The notes under the pieces were generated by a model. It searched no databases, was not told the DNA's origin, and was given only the letters and a program-made list of their open reading frames with translations. Positions 23,318-34,123 of a stretch of 64,000 nt of DNA are shown here, piece by piece; positions within the stretch are counted from its first letter, which is position 1; the number at the start of each line of letters is the position of its first letter. The stretch lies in assembly GCA_963822075.1 (NCBI GenBank), contig CAWGGP010000009.1:72507-136506 (forward strand), written 5' to 3'. The position numbers and the translations under genes are program-made. Origin of the DNA: Candidatus Aminicenantes bacterium. Its GTDB lineage: Bacteria > Acidobacteriota > Aminicenantia > UBA2199.

Positions 23318-24937
23318 TCAGCCCGCAGCCGGGGAGTAGGCAAAGTGCAAATGAAAAGCGGTGCCCAGGGTCCGATCCAGTTCGAGCGAACCATTGAGCT
23401 GCCGGCTCAGCATCTTGATCAGTTTCAAGCCCAGCGTTTCGGGATTTTCCCAATCGCTCCCCCCGGGCAACCCGATGCCGTTGTCGGCCACGGTCAGGTC
23501 GATGAAGCCTCCGTCCCGCCGCACCTCGACGGTGATCTCGCGGTTGACCGCCCCGGCGCGCGGTTTGTTCCCGGGAAAGGCGTGCTTGTAGGCGTTGACG
23601 ATCAATTCGTTCAGGATCAGCCCGATGGGAACGGCGAAATCGAGGCCCACCTCCACCTGGCCCGCCCGCACAAGGAAGCGGATATCGCGCTCCGCCCCGA
23701 ATTGGGCATAGATATGGGCGGTCAGCGTTTCGATATAGCTTTGCAGGGGGATGCGGGCGAGGTTCCCTGACTTGTATAGGCTCTCATGCACGAGGGCCAT
23801 GGAGCGGACCCGGCCCTCGAGCTCATCCAGCAGGGCGTGGAGCGATCCGTCCTTGGCCTTGGTCTCCTCCATTTTGATCAGGCCGATCACCGACATCAAA
23901 TTGTTTTTGACGCGGTGATGCACTTCCTTTAGAAGTATTTCCTTTTCCAGCAGGGAAGCGCGGATCGTCTCCTCGGCCCGCTTGCGCTCGCTGATGTCGG
24001 TGATGGTGCCGATATAGCCGACGATCTTTCCTTGCGAGTCCAATTCCGGGGTGGCCTGCCCCATCACCCAGGCGACCGTGCCGTCGGGGCGCAGGAAGCG
24101 GTAATCGGCAAAAGAAGGCCTTTCCAGCCGGATCGTCTCCTGCCAGCCCCGGTCCAGGAAACCCCTGTCCTCGGGGTGAACCGCGGCCAGCCAGCCGTCC
24201 CCCAGCGCCTGCGCCTCGGTCAATCCGGATATGCGGCACCACATGGGATTCACGTAGGTGGTGGCTCCGCTTTCATCGGCGCGGAAGATGCCGACCGGGG
24301 CGATCCTGGCGAGGTTCTGGTACCGTTCTTCGCTTTCGCGCAGCGCCTGCTTCGTCTTTTCGCGCTTCAGTTGGCCGGCCAGCAGCATGCCCAGCAGGGC
24401 AGTCACCACCGGGTAGACCAGCAGCACCGGCAGGTAGATATTGGCCAGCACATGCCAGCGGACCGCGGCGGGCAGGAAGATCGTGCAGCCCAGCATGGTC
24501 AGGTGGATGAGCCATCCGAACAAATAGAGCTCCAGCCAGGTGATATCCGCCAAAAAAGACCGGCGCGCGCGCCGCCAGGCCATGCCGATCGCCCCAGAGG
24601 AGACGATCACGGCGATGCCCATGCCCACGGCGGCGCCGCCGATGCTGGCCCGGAAGGCGGCCGCGATGACCATGGCCACAAGGGTCGGAGCGGTCCCGAA
24701 ATAAAGCCCGGAAACGCCGATCAGGATCGAGCGCGTATCGAAAACGATCCCCGGATCCAGTCTCCAGGACACCAGCATGATGATCACGCCCACGATGCCG
24801 ATGACGACGCCGGCGGGCACCTGCCGCAGCGACGCCCGCCCGATCCGCCACTGGACGGCGAGCAGGTCGTAGATGAGCGCCAGGGTCAGCAGGAGCGAGG
24901 CGTTGAAGACCAACTGCAAGAAAAAGGCCTTGTTCAT
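23318..24937 (-). CDS. sensor histidine kinase (5TM LytS-type membrane receptor domain + PAS + HisKA_2 + HATPase_c)
   Basis: ORF 23318..25063. The likely start is the internal ATG 24937 (MNKAFFLQLVFNASLLLTLALIYDLL..), which heads five TM helices. These are followed by a PAS domain (..GIFRADESGATTYVNPMW..), then EVHHRVKNNLMSVIGL and VADNGIGLP. Confidence 0.85.
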   Translation of the reverse strand: MNKAFFLQLVFNASLLLTLALIYDLLAVQWRIGRASLRQVPAGVVIGIVGVIIMLVSWRLDPGIVFDTRSILIGVSGLYFGTAPTLVAMVIAAAFRASIGGAAVGMGIAVIVSSGAIGMAWRRARRSFLADITWLELYLFGWLIHLTMLGCTIFLPAAVRWHVLANIYLPVLLVYPVVTALLGMLLAGQLKREKTKQALRESEERYQNLARIAPVGIFRADESGATTYVNPMWCRISGLTEAQALGDGWLAAVHPEDRGFLDRGWQETIRLERPSFADYRFLRPDGTVAWVMGQATPELDSQGKIVGYIGTITDISERKRAEETIRASLLEKEILLKEVHHRVKNNLMSVIGLIKMEETKAKDGSLHALLDELEGRVRSMALVHESLYKSGNLARIPLQSYIETLTAHIYAQFGAERDIRFLVRAGQVEVGLDFAVPIGLILNELIVNAYKHAFPGNKPRAGAVNREITVEVRRDGGFIDLTVADNGIGLPGGSDWENPETLGLKLIKMLSRQLNGSLELDRTLGTAFHLHFAYSPAAG

Positions 24938-25040
24938 TCGGAATTGGATCAAGGGTAGCACGGACGGCCCGAAAAAGTCAATGCGACTTTGCTCCCCGGT
25001 ATCCCGCGCCAGGGCATGAAGTGAAAGCGGAGCGGGCGGT

Positions 25041-25068
25041 TTGCAAGAACCAGGAAATCGCATATAAT
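25041..25068 (+). promoter_or_regulatory. sigma70-type promoter candidate directly abutting the rlmI-like start (possible leaderless transcript)
   Basis: TTGCAA (25041-25046), a 16-nt spacer, then TATAAT (25063-25068). The in-frame GTG at 25075 lies 7 nt after the -10 element. Confidence 0.4.
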
Positions 25069-25074
25069 GAACCC

Positions 25075-26265
25075 GTGGCCGCTGAATACAATAAACTGGT
25101 CCTGAAGGCGCACGAGGAGAACCGAATTCTCGGCGGCGAATTCTGGGCCTACGACAACGAGATCCGCGGCAGCTTGAAGGGCTTCCGCCCCGGTGAACTG
25201 TGCCGCCTCTATTCGTCGGCGGGCATGTACATCGCCACCGGCTACGTCAACCCCGCCTCGACCATCGCCTTCCGGGTGTTGAGCTACGAGCCGGAAGCCG
25301 AGATCGACCGCGATTTCCTGCGCCGGCGCGTCCGCGAGGCCGACCGCCAGCGCCTGGGGCTACGCCCGGAGAATGCCTGCTACCGGATGGTCTACGGCGA
25401 GGCCGATTTCCTGCCCGGCCTGGTCGTCGACCGCTTCGACGATTATTTTATCGTCCAGATCACGACCGCCGGCATGGAAAACTTCAAGGAGGACATCTTC
25501 GCCATCGTGGCCGAAATGTACCCGGGCGCGGTCCTGGTCGAAAAATCGCTGGCCGCAATTCGTGAAAAAGAGGGGCTGCCCCCGCTCAACCGCGTGCTGA
25601 CGCCGGGACGGGAAGCGGAAAAGGTCATCGCGGTCAACGGCCTGAAATTCAAGGTCGATTTCCTCAAGAGCCAGAAAACGGGCTTCTTCCTCGACCAGCG
25701 CGACAACTACCTCCTGCTCAAGCCCATCGCCGCCGGCCGCGAGGTGCTGGACGCCTTTTCCTACGCCGGGGCCTGGGGCCTGCACGCGCGCCTGTTCGGG
25801 GCCCGGCACGTCGAATTCCTCGAAATTTCGGGCGAATACATGAAGCAGGCGCGGGAAAACGCGGAGCTGAACGGGTTCGGCCCCGACGGCTTCGCCTTCG
25901 TCCAGGAAGACGCCATCCAGATGCTCAAGGAGATGAGCAAGGCCGGCGTCGGCAAGGACGTCGTCATCCTCGACCCGCCGGCGTTCGTCAAGTCGCGCGC
26001 CAAGCTGAACGAGGCTCTGCGCGGCTACAAGGAGATCAACCTGCGCGCCCTGAAAATGCTGCGCCCGGGAGGGCACCTGGTCAGTTGCTCCTGCTCCCAC
26101 TTCCTGGGCCGGGACGATTTCATCGCCGTCATCCAGGACGCCGCCCGGGACGCCGGCCGCCGCGTCAAGCTGATCGAGATGAAAAGCCAACCCTACGACC
26201 ACGCCGTGCTCCTGCCCCTCTTCCAATCCGAATACCTGAAGTGCGCGCTTTTTTATGTCTATTGA
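25075..26265 (+). CDS. rlmI: class I SAM-dependent rRNA (cytosine-C5) methyltransferase, RlmI-like (PUA + MTase)
   Basis: This is ORF 25021..26265. The N-terminus KLVLKAHEENRILGGEFWAYDNEI.. is PUA-like. It also has FLPGLVVDRFDDYFIVQ, VLDAFSYAGAWG and VILDPPAFVKS. The start is set at GTG 25075 because the 5' 54 nt overlap the promoter and the upstream kinase ORF. The exact start is uncertain. Confidence 0.8.
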   Translation: MAAEYNKLVLKAHEENRILGGEFWAYDNEIRGSLKGFRPGELCRLYSSAGMYIATGYVNPASTIAFRVLSYEPEAEIDRDFLRRRVREADRQRLGLRPENACYRMVYGEADFLPGLVVDRFDDYFIVQITTAGMENFKEDIFAIVAEMYPGAVLVEKSLAAIREKEGLPPLNRVLTPGREAEKVIAVNGLKFKVDFLKSQKTGFFLDQRDNYLLLKPIAAGREVLDAFSYAGAWGLHARLFGARHVEFLEISGEYMKQARENAELNGFGPDGFAFVQEDAIQMLKEMSKAGVGKDVVILDPPAFVKSRAKLNEALRGYKEINLRALKMLRPGGHLVSCSCSHFLGRDDFIAVIQDAARDAGRRVKLIEMKSQPYDHAVLLPLFQSEYLKCALFYVY

Positions 26266-27241
26266 GGACAACATGAGCGAAACGTCCGCGAAAAACAGGC
26301 ATATTTTCGGACCCGTCCCTTCCCGGCGCCTGGGCATATCACTGGGAGTGGATATCATCCCCTTCAAGACCTGCAGCCTGGATTGCCTGTATTGCGAATG
26401 CGGGCGCACCACCCGCCTGACCTGCCAGCGGCAGCGCTTCTTTCCGCCGCAACCGTTGCTGGAGGAGCTCGCCGCAACGCTGCCCGGCATCCCCCACCTC
26501 GACTTCATCACCTTCTCCGGCTCCGGGGAACCCACGCTGAATTCCGACCTGGGTTTTTTCATCAGCGAGATCAAGAAGATGAGCGCCGTGCCGCTGGCGG
26601 TGCTGACCAACGGCACCCTCCTCTTCCGCCCGGACGTCCGCCGCGACCTGCTGGCGGCCGACGTGGTCCTGCCATCGCTCGACGCCGCCGCGCCGGGTAG
26701 CTTCGCCCGCATCAACCAGCCCGGACCCGGCCTGGACCTGGAACGCATCATCGCCGGCATGGAAACCTTCCGCGGGGAATATGCCGGGAAGATCTGGCTG
26801 GAAGTATTCATCCTGGAAGGGGTCAACGACAACGCCGCGGACATCGAGGCGCTGCGCCGGGCGCTGCAGCGCATCCGGCCCGACAAGGTCCAGTTGAACA
26901 CCCTCGACCGCCCCCCCGCTTATCCCGGCGTGGCCTCGGCGGATTTCGCCCACCTGGAAAGGATCCGCGACCAATGGTCGGGCATGGCGGTGGAGATCAT
27001 CAAGCGCGCCGGCCGCCGCGAGGAGATCGCCGCCTTCAGCTCCAACCTGGAGAACAGCCTGCTGAACACCATCCGCCGCCGGCCGCTGACCCTGGAAGAC
27101 CTGGTCGCCCTGACCACCAAGGATGAAAGCGAGCTCCGCCGCTACCTGGACATCCTGGAAAAAGAGAAGAAGATCCGGCCGGTGATCCAGGGGAATAAAA
27201 TATTCTACCGCGAATGGCCTGGGCGCGACCCGGGACGCTAG
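26255..27241 (+). CDS. radical SAM protein (COG0731-like) with C-terminal winged-helix-like tail
   Basis: 328 aa: GPVPSRRLGISLGVDIIPFKTCSLDCLYCECG (CX3CX2C) and FSGSGEPTL. Confidence 0.8.
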   Translation: MSIEDNMSETSAKNRHIFGPVPSRRLGISLGVDIIPFKTCSLDCLYCECGRTTRLTCQRQRFFPPQPLLEELAATLPGIPHLDFITFSGSGEPTLNSDLGFFISEIKKMSAVPLAVLTNGTLLFRPDVRRDLLAADVVLPSLDAAAPGSFARINQPGPGLDLERIIAGMETFRGEYAGKIWLEVFILEGVNDNAADIEALRRALQRIRPDKVQLNTLDRPPAYPGVASADFAHLERIRDQWSGMAVEIIKRAGRREEIAAFSSNLENSLLNTIRRRPLTLEDLVALTTKDESELRRYLDILEKEKKIRPVIQGNKIFYREWPGRDPGR

Positions 27242-29242
27242 TCGATCCTTTCCTTGATGCGGCCGTTGCGCATGATGATGAATTTGTCGTGGAACAGCTC
27301 CAGCAGTTTGTATTTCAAATTCAGCAATTCCGGGTCCTTGATCGCTTCCCGGGGCACCGGTTTCTCGGCCAGGTACCATTCTTCCTTGAAGCCGCGGTCG
27401 CCCGGCATGTAGATGTATTTTTTTTCGTTCAGCTGGATGCCGCGGTACTTGGCCTGGATCATGACGTCCTTGAATTCTTTTTTCAGGACGATCTCCCCCG
27501 TTCCCGGGACCAGTTCGATGACCTTCATGATGCCCGGGTAGGCCATGCGCACCCGGTCCTTGATGTAGGGTGTCTCGGGGGTGTACCACAGCTCGGTCTC
27601 CATGTAGGCCGGGTAGCCGCCGAACCCGGCGCCGCGCATGATGGGCAGCAGCGTATGGCCCTTGAAGGAAGGCGGCGGCGGGACCCCGACCAGGTCGAGG
27701 AGCGTGGGCGCGATGTCGATGTCGCGGACGGTGGGGACGATGCGCCGGCCGCCGAAGCTCTCGAACGGCGAGCAGACGCCGAAGGTCATGTTGTTGGAAT
27801 AGGGGCCGCGCAGGTGGTCGCCGTGGCCGCTGCCGTAGCCGTTCTCGTACAGGCTCTCGCCGTGGTCGGAGAAAAGCACGACGATGGTGTTCTTGTCCAG
27901 GCCGCTTTTCTTCAGGAAGGCGAGCATCTCGCCCACCTGGTCGTCGAACATGCGCACCGCCCCGTCGTACAGGGCGACGATCTGTTCCTTGTCCGCCGGG
28001 TCGAGGTCGAACCCGGAATAGGTCTTCATCATGTCCACCTTACGGTACTTGTGCGGGCCGCGGTACGATTTTTTCGCGTAGAACTGGTAGTAGGGGTATT
28101 GGCTGCCGTAAGGGAAATGGCTGTTGGAGCCGAAATAGACCATGAAGAAGGGCTTGCCGGCCTTGACGGAGTTGCGGATGAAGCGCTTGCTGGTATTGGT
28201 CACGTAATAGGGGTCGATGTTCAGCGGCATCAGCCACATCACCGGGAAGATATCCCGCCCGACCGGGTTGATGAGGAAGCTGAGGAGCATGTAATGGAAT
28301 TCCAGGCAGCGCTGCTTGATCAGGTTCTGCAGGGTCAGGTGGGGCGCCTGGATATGGTCGAAGCCGTAGCCGATGCGGGCGAAGATGTCGCCGGCGAAAT
28401 CGCTGATCATGCCGGTGTCGTAGCCGCGTTCGTTCAGGGATTGGACCAGCGTCGGCAGCCTCAGTTGCAGTTCCTCGGGACGGGGGAACATGTGGCGGAT
28501 CCGGTGGTCGGGAGGGAAGGTGGAGGTGAGCACCGAGGTAAATGAGGAGAACGTGCGGGCCAGCGACGACTTGGCGTTCAGGAAATTGGCGCCGCGCGCC
28601 AGCAGCTTGTCGATGTTGGGCGTCGGCCGCGAATAGCCGTTGTACGACAGGTGGTCGGGACGCAGCGAGTCGCTGCCCAGGACCAGGATGTTGGGGAGGC
28701 CGCCGTCGGGCCGCGCCTTGATGGCCGGGGTTTTGAACGGGAAGATCGAAGGCCGCTACCAGGGCGACCACGGCCACGCCGTACGGCAGCCGCTTTTTCC
28801 GCCAGGCGATCAGCATGACCGCCAGCGGGAAAACGGCATAGATGGCCCACAAGGGCAGCGAATCGGTGATGAAGACCTGCAGGTCGCGCAGCAGCGCCCC
28901 CTTCATGTACAGGGGCTCCACGAAAAGCTGCGGCGAGATCTTGACCGCCCGCAGCAGGAACCAGAGCCAGACGAAAAGCTGGAAGAGGAAGATGCTTCTC
29001 CGGCGCTCGAGGCGCAGCGCCAGGGAAAAGAGGGCGATGAACATGGCGACCAGCCCGTAAACCAGCAGGATCTTCAGGTTGAACAGGACGATGATGGCCT
29101 TGAAACTGCCGGTGATGATCTTTTCGGCCGCCGGATCGCGCACGCCCATGTAGGAAAAATTGAAAAACAGGACAAAGGAAAGAACGAACAGCAAAGCGGC
29201 GAGAGAAAGGCCGATCCAGATGTTTTTTTTGATTTGCGCCAT
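27238..29242 (-). CDS. membrane-anchored sulfatase / alkaline-phosphatase-superfamily (LTA-synthase-like) protein; frameshifted as assembled
   Basis: The N-terminal polytopic part comes from ATG 29242 (MAQIKKNIWIGLSLAALLFVLSF..). The catalytic part is ..PNILVLGSDSLRPDHLSYNGYSRPTPNIDKL.. and ..VVLFSDHGESL.. (ORF 27238..28533 and its upstream extension). The frames switch at CAAAACCCC near 28725. Confidence 0.8.
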
Positions 29243-29256
29243 GGGTTTTAAGGCCC

Positions 29257-29285
29257 ATGATAGCCAAAAACGCCCTGTCTGTCAA
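29257..29285 (-). promoter_or_regulatory. sigma70-type promoter candidate for the sulfatase gene
   Basis: The reverse strand shows TTGACA (29285-29280), a 17-nt spacer, then TATCAT (29262-29257). The ATG at 29242 lies 14 nt downstream. Confidence 0.45.
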
Positions 29286-29385
29286 TCATTCGGCGCCCAG
29301 GCCCGCGTCCGTGCCGGCAGGCAAGCGAATTGGATTTTCTCCTTGCCGGGGACTTTCAGGGTTGCACTGGCGCAGGTCCCGGGGA

Positions 29386-30860
29386 TCAGCGGGCCGGCGG
29401 CAGGCCGCGGCCGCGGACCCATTCGGCGAGGCGCGCCCGCAGGCCCGCGTCGCCGGCGCTCAGCAAGTTCAGGAATTCTTCCGTGTCCACGTTGCAGCAG
29501 CGGCGGTCCTTCAGGATCCCCTGCAGGCGCAGGCTCAGTTCGGCCTCGCCAAGGGTGTCGGCAAGCTCCGCCAGCATCAGCGCCGGCTTGACATAGACCA
29601 GGGTCTGGTAAACCCGCTGGTCGCGGTTCCTCAGTTTCAGCTTGAACCCGTCGGCGCAAACCCCGTTCGACCTGAATTTCTTCACCCAATATCTCAGGCT
29701 CGCAAGGGCTTTGCGGTAGGCCTTCTCCCCTGGCGTTCGCGCAGCAAAAGCAAGGTGGCATACGTGGCCAGGCCCTCGGTGATCCAATTATCCGAAGCGG
29801 CTTTCCAGGACAGGAGGCCTCCCCACCATTGGTGAGCCATCTCGTGGGCCAGCAGGTCGAATTTGCTGTCGATCAGCGACAAGGGCGATCCCCTGAGCTG
29901 CGCGCTGCGGGCTTCGGGGCTGCGGCTCGCCCAGAACTCATCGACGTTCAGGACGATGAGGCCGTTATAGCTGACGCCGCCGAAGTTTTTCCCGCGCTTG
30001 AACAAGACATTCAATTCCGGGACATGGAGCGGGCCGAAACGCTCGCGGAAGAATGCGATCACCCCGGCCAAGTCCGCATCCGAGAAGAAGCGTTGATACC
30101 TGAACCCGGGCCCGCCATGGAGCTTGATGGGGATGGCCCCGTCCACGAAACCGACCTGGGAGAAGCGCCCGCAGACCAGGGCCATGCCCTTGGCTTCGCT
30201 GTTGTCGAACTGATAGGTGTTGGTCGCCTGCTCCGAGCGCACGGAGCGCAATCGGCCGCTGCCCAGGCAATTCCAGCCGCTGGGAACGCTGAACGTCATG
30301 TTCAGCGGCGTGAAATCGATGCGCGGATTGGGGTAGAAATCCTTGACATAGGAAAGGAAGCGGAAATCATCGACAGGGGCCTGCCCCGAGAGGCTTCTTC
30401 CACCGCCGGCGGCCTCGAAGGGGTCCAGGTAGGGCTGCAGGCGGCCGCTGTAGCTGAGTTCCAGGTCTTTTTCCCCGGGGCTCAGCACCAGGAACTGGCC
30501 GCTTTCGCGCGTGAAACTCAGGGCGGGCCGGGCGCCGCAGCGCACGGATCTCAGGTCCAGTTCCTCGGCCAGCCACAAGCGGCGCTCGTCGGCCATGATG
30601 GCAAAATTCAGCTTCGCGGTCGCGTTCAGGAAATTGCGCTCCGGGTCGAAATAACCGTCGATGCTGAGCGATCGCAGCTCGTCGCTTGCCGGCGACGGGG
30701 CCCCCGGGTCCGCCGCGAACCCGCTTAGGGAAAACAAAAGGACCATCCATAAAAAAACGCCTAATTGGCGGACCGTCCCGGCTTCATCCTCGCCCGGCGA
30801 CCCGCGACCGACCTTGCTTCCCATTTTTTCCTCCCGGCCATGACCGGCGGCCCGATTCAA
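29386..30860 (-). CDS. M1-family zinc metallopeptidase (aminopeptidase N-like), secreted; frameshifted as assembled
   Basis: ORF 29694..30860 has HEMAHQWWG plus NWITEGLATY (HEXXH-X18-E). The C-terminus continues in ORF 29386..29787 (EKAYRKALASLRYW..). The junction is at a G run near 29730. The start is uncertain (30860, 30824 or 30743). Confidence 0.8.
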
Positions 30861-31113
30861 AAACCCGAAAGCATTTACCCTTCCGGGTTTCAGAGCCTCT
30901 GTCCACTTGCTTGACGCTGGATCGCGAGGCGGTATCGTAGGGAAATAGTCATATTTCCTTATTTAGAACCGGGGTACTATCTACAGCCCCCGGCGGAGCC
31001 GCCAGGCGCCGGCTACACCCCTGGTACTATTTCCACGCCGCGGCGCCGCGGCATTCCCGATCGGAAGTGAATGGATTCACTTTATTGAATGGATTCGCTT
31101 TGCGGCTGCCGCG

Positions 31114-31140
31114 TTGACTTGGGGGGTCAAAAGATATAAT
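31114..31140 (+). promoter_or_regulatory. possible sigma70-type promoter for hslVU (short spacer)
   Basis: TTGACT (31114-31119) and TATAAT (31135-31140) are separated by only 15 nt, or by 17 nt to TAATAT. The ATG at 31149 lies 8 nt after the -10 element. Confidence 0.3.
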
Positions 31141-31148
31141 ATTTGTTG

Positions 31149-31685
31149 ATGAAAGAAAAAATGCATGCCACCACCGTGCTGTGCGTCCGCCAGGACGGCA
31201 AGCTGGTCATGGGCGCCGACGGCCAGGTGACATTCCAAAACACGGTCCTGAAGCACAAAACGAAAAAGATCCGCCGCCTTTACAACGACAAGATCCTGGC
31301 GGGGTTCGCCGGGGCCACCTCGGACGCCTTCGCGCTGTTCCAGCGCTTCGAGGCCAAGCTGGAGGAATACAACGGCAACATCTCCCGCGCCGCCGTCGAG
31401 CTTTCCAAGGACTGGCGCACCGACAAGATCCTGCGCCGCCTGGAGGCCATGCTCATCGTGGCCAACGAGGAGAAGATGTACATCCTCTCGGGCACCGGCG
31501 ACATCATCGAACCCGACGAGAACGTCCTGGCCATCGGCTCGGGCGGCCCCTACGCCCAGGCGGTGGCGCTGGCGCTGAGCCGCGAGACCAAGCTGGGAGC
31601 CCGCGCCATCGTCGAAAAAGCCCTGGACATCGCCTCCGACATCTGCATCTATACCAACAAGAACTTTACCGTCGAGGAACTCTGA
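31149..31685 (+). CDS. hslV: ATP-dependent protease subunit HslV
   Basis: This is ORF 31143..31685: [43 protein letters not shown]. The short propeptide before the catalytic Thr resembles CodW-type HslV. ATG 31149 is preferred over TTG 31143. Confidence 0.9.
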   Translation: MKEKMHATTVLCVRQDGKLVMGADGQVTFQNTVLKHKTKKIRRLYNDKILAGFAGATSDAFALFQRFEAKLEEYNGNISRAAVELSKDWRTDKILRRLEAMLIVANEEKMYILSGTGDIIEPDENVLAIGSGGPYAQAVALALSRETKLGARAIVEKALDIASDICIYTNKNFTVEEL

Positions 31686-31687
31686 CC

Positions 31688-33061
31688 ATGGGCGACGCCA
31701 TCATCAACAAGGGTGACGAGCTGACCCCCAAGGAGATCGTCAGGGAGCTGGACAAGTACATCATCGGCCAGAAAAACGCCAAGAAATCGGTCAGCATCGC
31801 CCTGCGCAACCGCTTCCGCCGCCAGAAGCTCCCCCCCGAGATCGCCGACGACATCATCCCCAAGAACATCCTGATGATCGGGCCCACCGGCGTCGGCAAG
31901 ACCGAGATCGCCCGGCGCCTGGCCAAGCTCACGCGCTCCCCTTTCCTCAAGGTGGAGGCTTCGAAATTCACCGAGGTGGGCTACGTCGGCCGTGACGTGG
32001 AATCGCTGGTCCGCGACCTGGTGCGCATCGCCGTCGACCTGGTCAAGGCCGAGAACATGGCGGAGAACAATGAAAAGGCGCAACGCAACACCGAGGAAAA
32101 AATACTCTCCATCCTGTTGCCGCCCAGGACCCCGAGCGACCCGGGCGCGGACGCCGAAAAGGACGCCAAGAACTTCGCCAAGACCAGGGAGAAGCTGCGC
32201 AAGCTGCTGCGCGACGGCAAGCTGAACGACCGCATCGTCGAAGTCGAGGTCAAGACCAACCCCTTCACCCCCTTCGAGATCTTTTCCTCTTCCGGCGTCG
32301 AGGAGATCGGCATCCAGATCAGCGAGATGGTGCCCAACCTTCTCGGGAACCGCGGTTCCAAGAAGCGCAAGATGACCCTGGAAGAGGCCTATAACCATAT
32401 GCTCCAGGAAGAGCAGAACCGCCTGCTGGACATGGACCAGGTGGCCAAGATCGCCATCGCCCGCACCGAGCAGATGGGCATCGTCTTTCTCGATGAGATC
32501 GACAAGATCGCCGGCCGCGAAAGCGGCGGCCACGGCCCCATGGTCTCGCGCGAGGGGGTGCAGCGCGACCTGCTGCCCATCATCGAGGGCACGACGGTCA
32601 ACACCAAGTACGGCATGGTCAAAACCGACCATATCCTGTTCATCGGCGCCGGCGCCTTCCACGTGGCCAAGCCCTCCGACATGATCCCCGAGCTGCAGGG
32701 GCGCTTTCCCATCCGCGTCGAGCTGGAATCCCTCGGCCGCGAGGACTTCGTCCGCATCCTCACCGAACCGCAGAACGCGCTGGTCAAGCAGTACCAGAAC
32801 CTCCTGGGCACCGAGGGGCTGGACATCCTTTTCACTCCCGACGCCATCGAGGAGATCGCCACCATGGCCGTGGAGATCAACACCGCTTCGGAGAACATCG
32901 GCGCGCGCCGCCTGCATACCATCATGGAAAAGGTGATGGAGGACATCTCCTACGAGGCCTCCGACCTGGAGCACGGCCAGGTGCGCATCGACCGCGAATA
33001 CGTGCGCCGCAAGGTCCAGAACATCATCAAGGACGGCGACTTGAGCAAATATATCCTGTGA
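31688..33061 (+). CDS. hslU: ATP-dependent protease ATPase subunit HslU
   Basis: ATG 31688 lies inside track ORF 31181..33061: [31 protein letters not shown], Walker [27 protein letters not shown]. Confidence 0.93.
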   Translation: MGDAIINKGDELTPKEIVRELDKYIIGQKNAKKSVSIALRNRFRRQKLPPEIADDIIPKNILMIGPTGVGKTEIARRLAKLTRSPFLKVEASKFTEVGYVGRDVESLVRDLVRIAVDLVKAENMAENNEKAQRNTEEKILSILLPPRTPSDPGADAEKDAKNFAKTREKLRKLLRDGKLNDRIVEVEVKTNPFTPFEIFSSSGVEEIGIQISEMVPNLLGNRGSKKRKMTLEEAYNHMLQEEQNRLLDMDQVAKIAIARTEQMGIVFLDEIDKIAGRESGGHGPMVSREGVQRDLLPIIEGTTVNTKYGMVKTDHILFIGAGAFHVAKPSDMIPELQGRFPIRVELESLGREDFVRILTEPQNALVKQYQNLLGTEGLDILFTPDAIEEIATMAVEINTASENIGARRLHTIMEKVMEDISYEASDLEHGQVRIDREYVRRKVQNIIKDGDLSKYIL

Positions 33062-33066
33062 GCCCC

Positions 33067-34114
33067 ATGAAAAAAAACATCATGACCCTGTTGGCGATCG
33101 CATTGAGTCTTGCCGGTTGCGGCAAAAAGGGGCCCCTGGTCCTGGAACCGGAAAAGCTCCCCCTGGCCGTGACCGAGCTGCGGCTGCGCCAGGTCGGACA
33201 CCCAGGTCGAACTCAGCTGGAAGTTCCCCACCCTGCTTTCCGACAAGAAAACGCCCCTGCAGCCGGCCCAGATCCGCGGCATCGCCGTCTACCACCTGGC
33301 CAAGCCTTTCAACCCGGAGACCTTCCGCAAAAAAAGCGAGATCCTGGCCAGGCCCAAGGCCGGCGAGCTCCAACGCCGCGCCGACGGCATCTACGCCTTC
33401 GGCTTGCCCTTCAAGGCCAAGACGCTCAAGGACAAGGAACACTCTTTCGCCCTGACCTACGAATACGGCCGGAGCCATTCGGACTTGAGCGCCGTCGAGA
33501 AGATCACGACGCGCACGCCTCCCGAACCTGTGCGCGACCTGAAGGCCAGCCGCGAAGGCAAGGTGGTCGTCCTCAAATGGAGCCGCCCGCAGGCCGACAG
33601 CGAGGGCCAGCCCCTGCAGGCGCTCGCCGGCTACACCGTCTACCGCCGCATCCAGCAGGGCAAGAACCCGGGCGCATTCGCCGCCATCAACGAGAAACCC
33701 GTCCAGGGGGAGTATTACGAGGACCACGACACCGGGGCCGATGGCGACTATGAATACCAGGTGGCGAGCCTTCTCGACGAACGCAGCGAAAGCGCCCCGT
33801 CGGCCGCCGTCAGGATCAAGATCCTGGACACGTTCGCCCCCGACATCCCCGCCAACCTGGTCGCCTTTTCCGCCAAGGACCATGTCTTCCTGACCTGGGA
33901 AGCCGTGCGCGACCGCGACCTCGGCCATTATAACGTCTACCGCAAATCGTCCAAGGAGGAGGATTTCAAGCTCCTGGACGCGACGGTGACCGATAATTTT
34001 TTCCGCGACCGCCAGGTCGTCAAGGGCCAGATGTATATTTACATCGTGGTCGCGGTCGACAAGAAGGGCAACGAAAGCGAACCCAGCCGCGCCGTGCGCC
34101 AGCTGTTCGAATGA
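33067..34114 (+). CDS. lipoprotein with fibronectin type III-like domains; frameshifted as assembled
   Basis: It starts MKKNIMTLLAIALSLAGCGKKG (lipobox LAGC). After an indel near 33197 the adjacent frame continues TQVELSWKFPTLL..GIAVYHLAKPF.. into ORF 33404..34114 (..GYTVYRR..YEYQVASL..; ..LGHYNVYRK..YIYIVVAVDKKGNES). Confidence 0.7.
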
Positions 34115-34123
34115 GCGGGCGGC

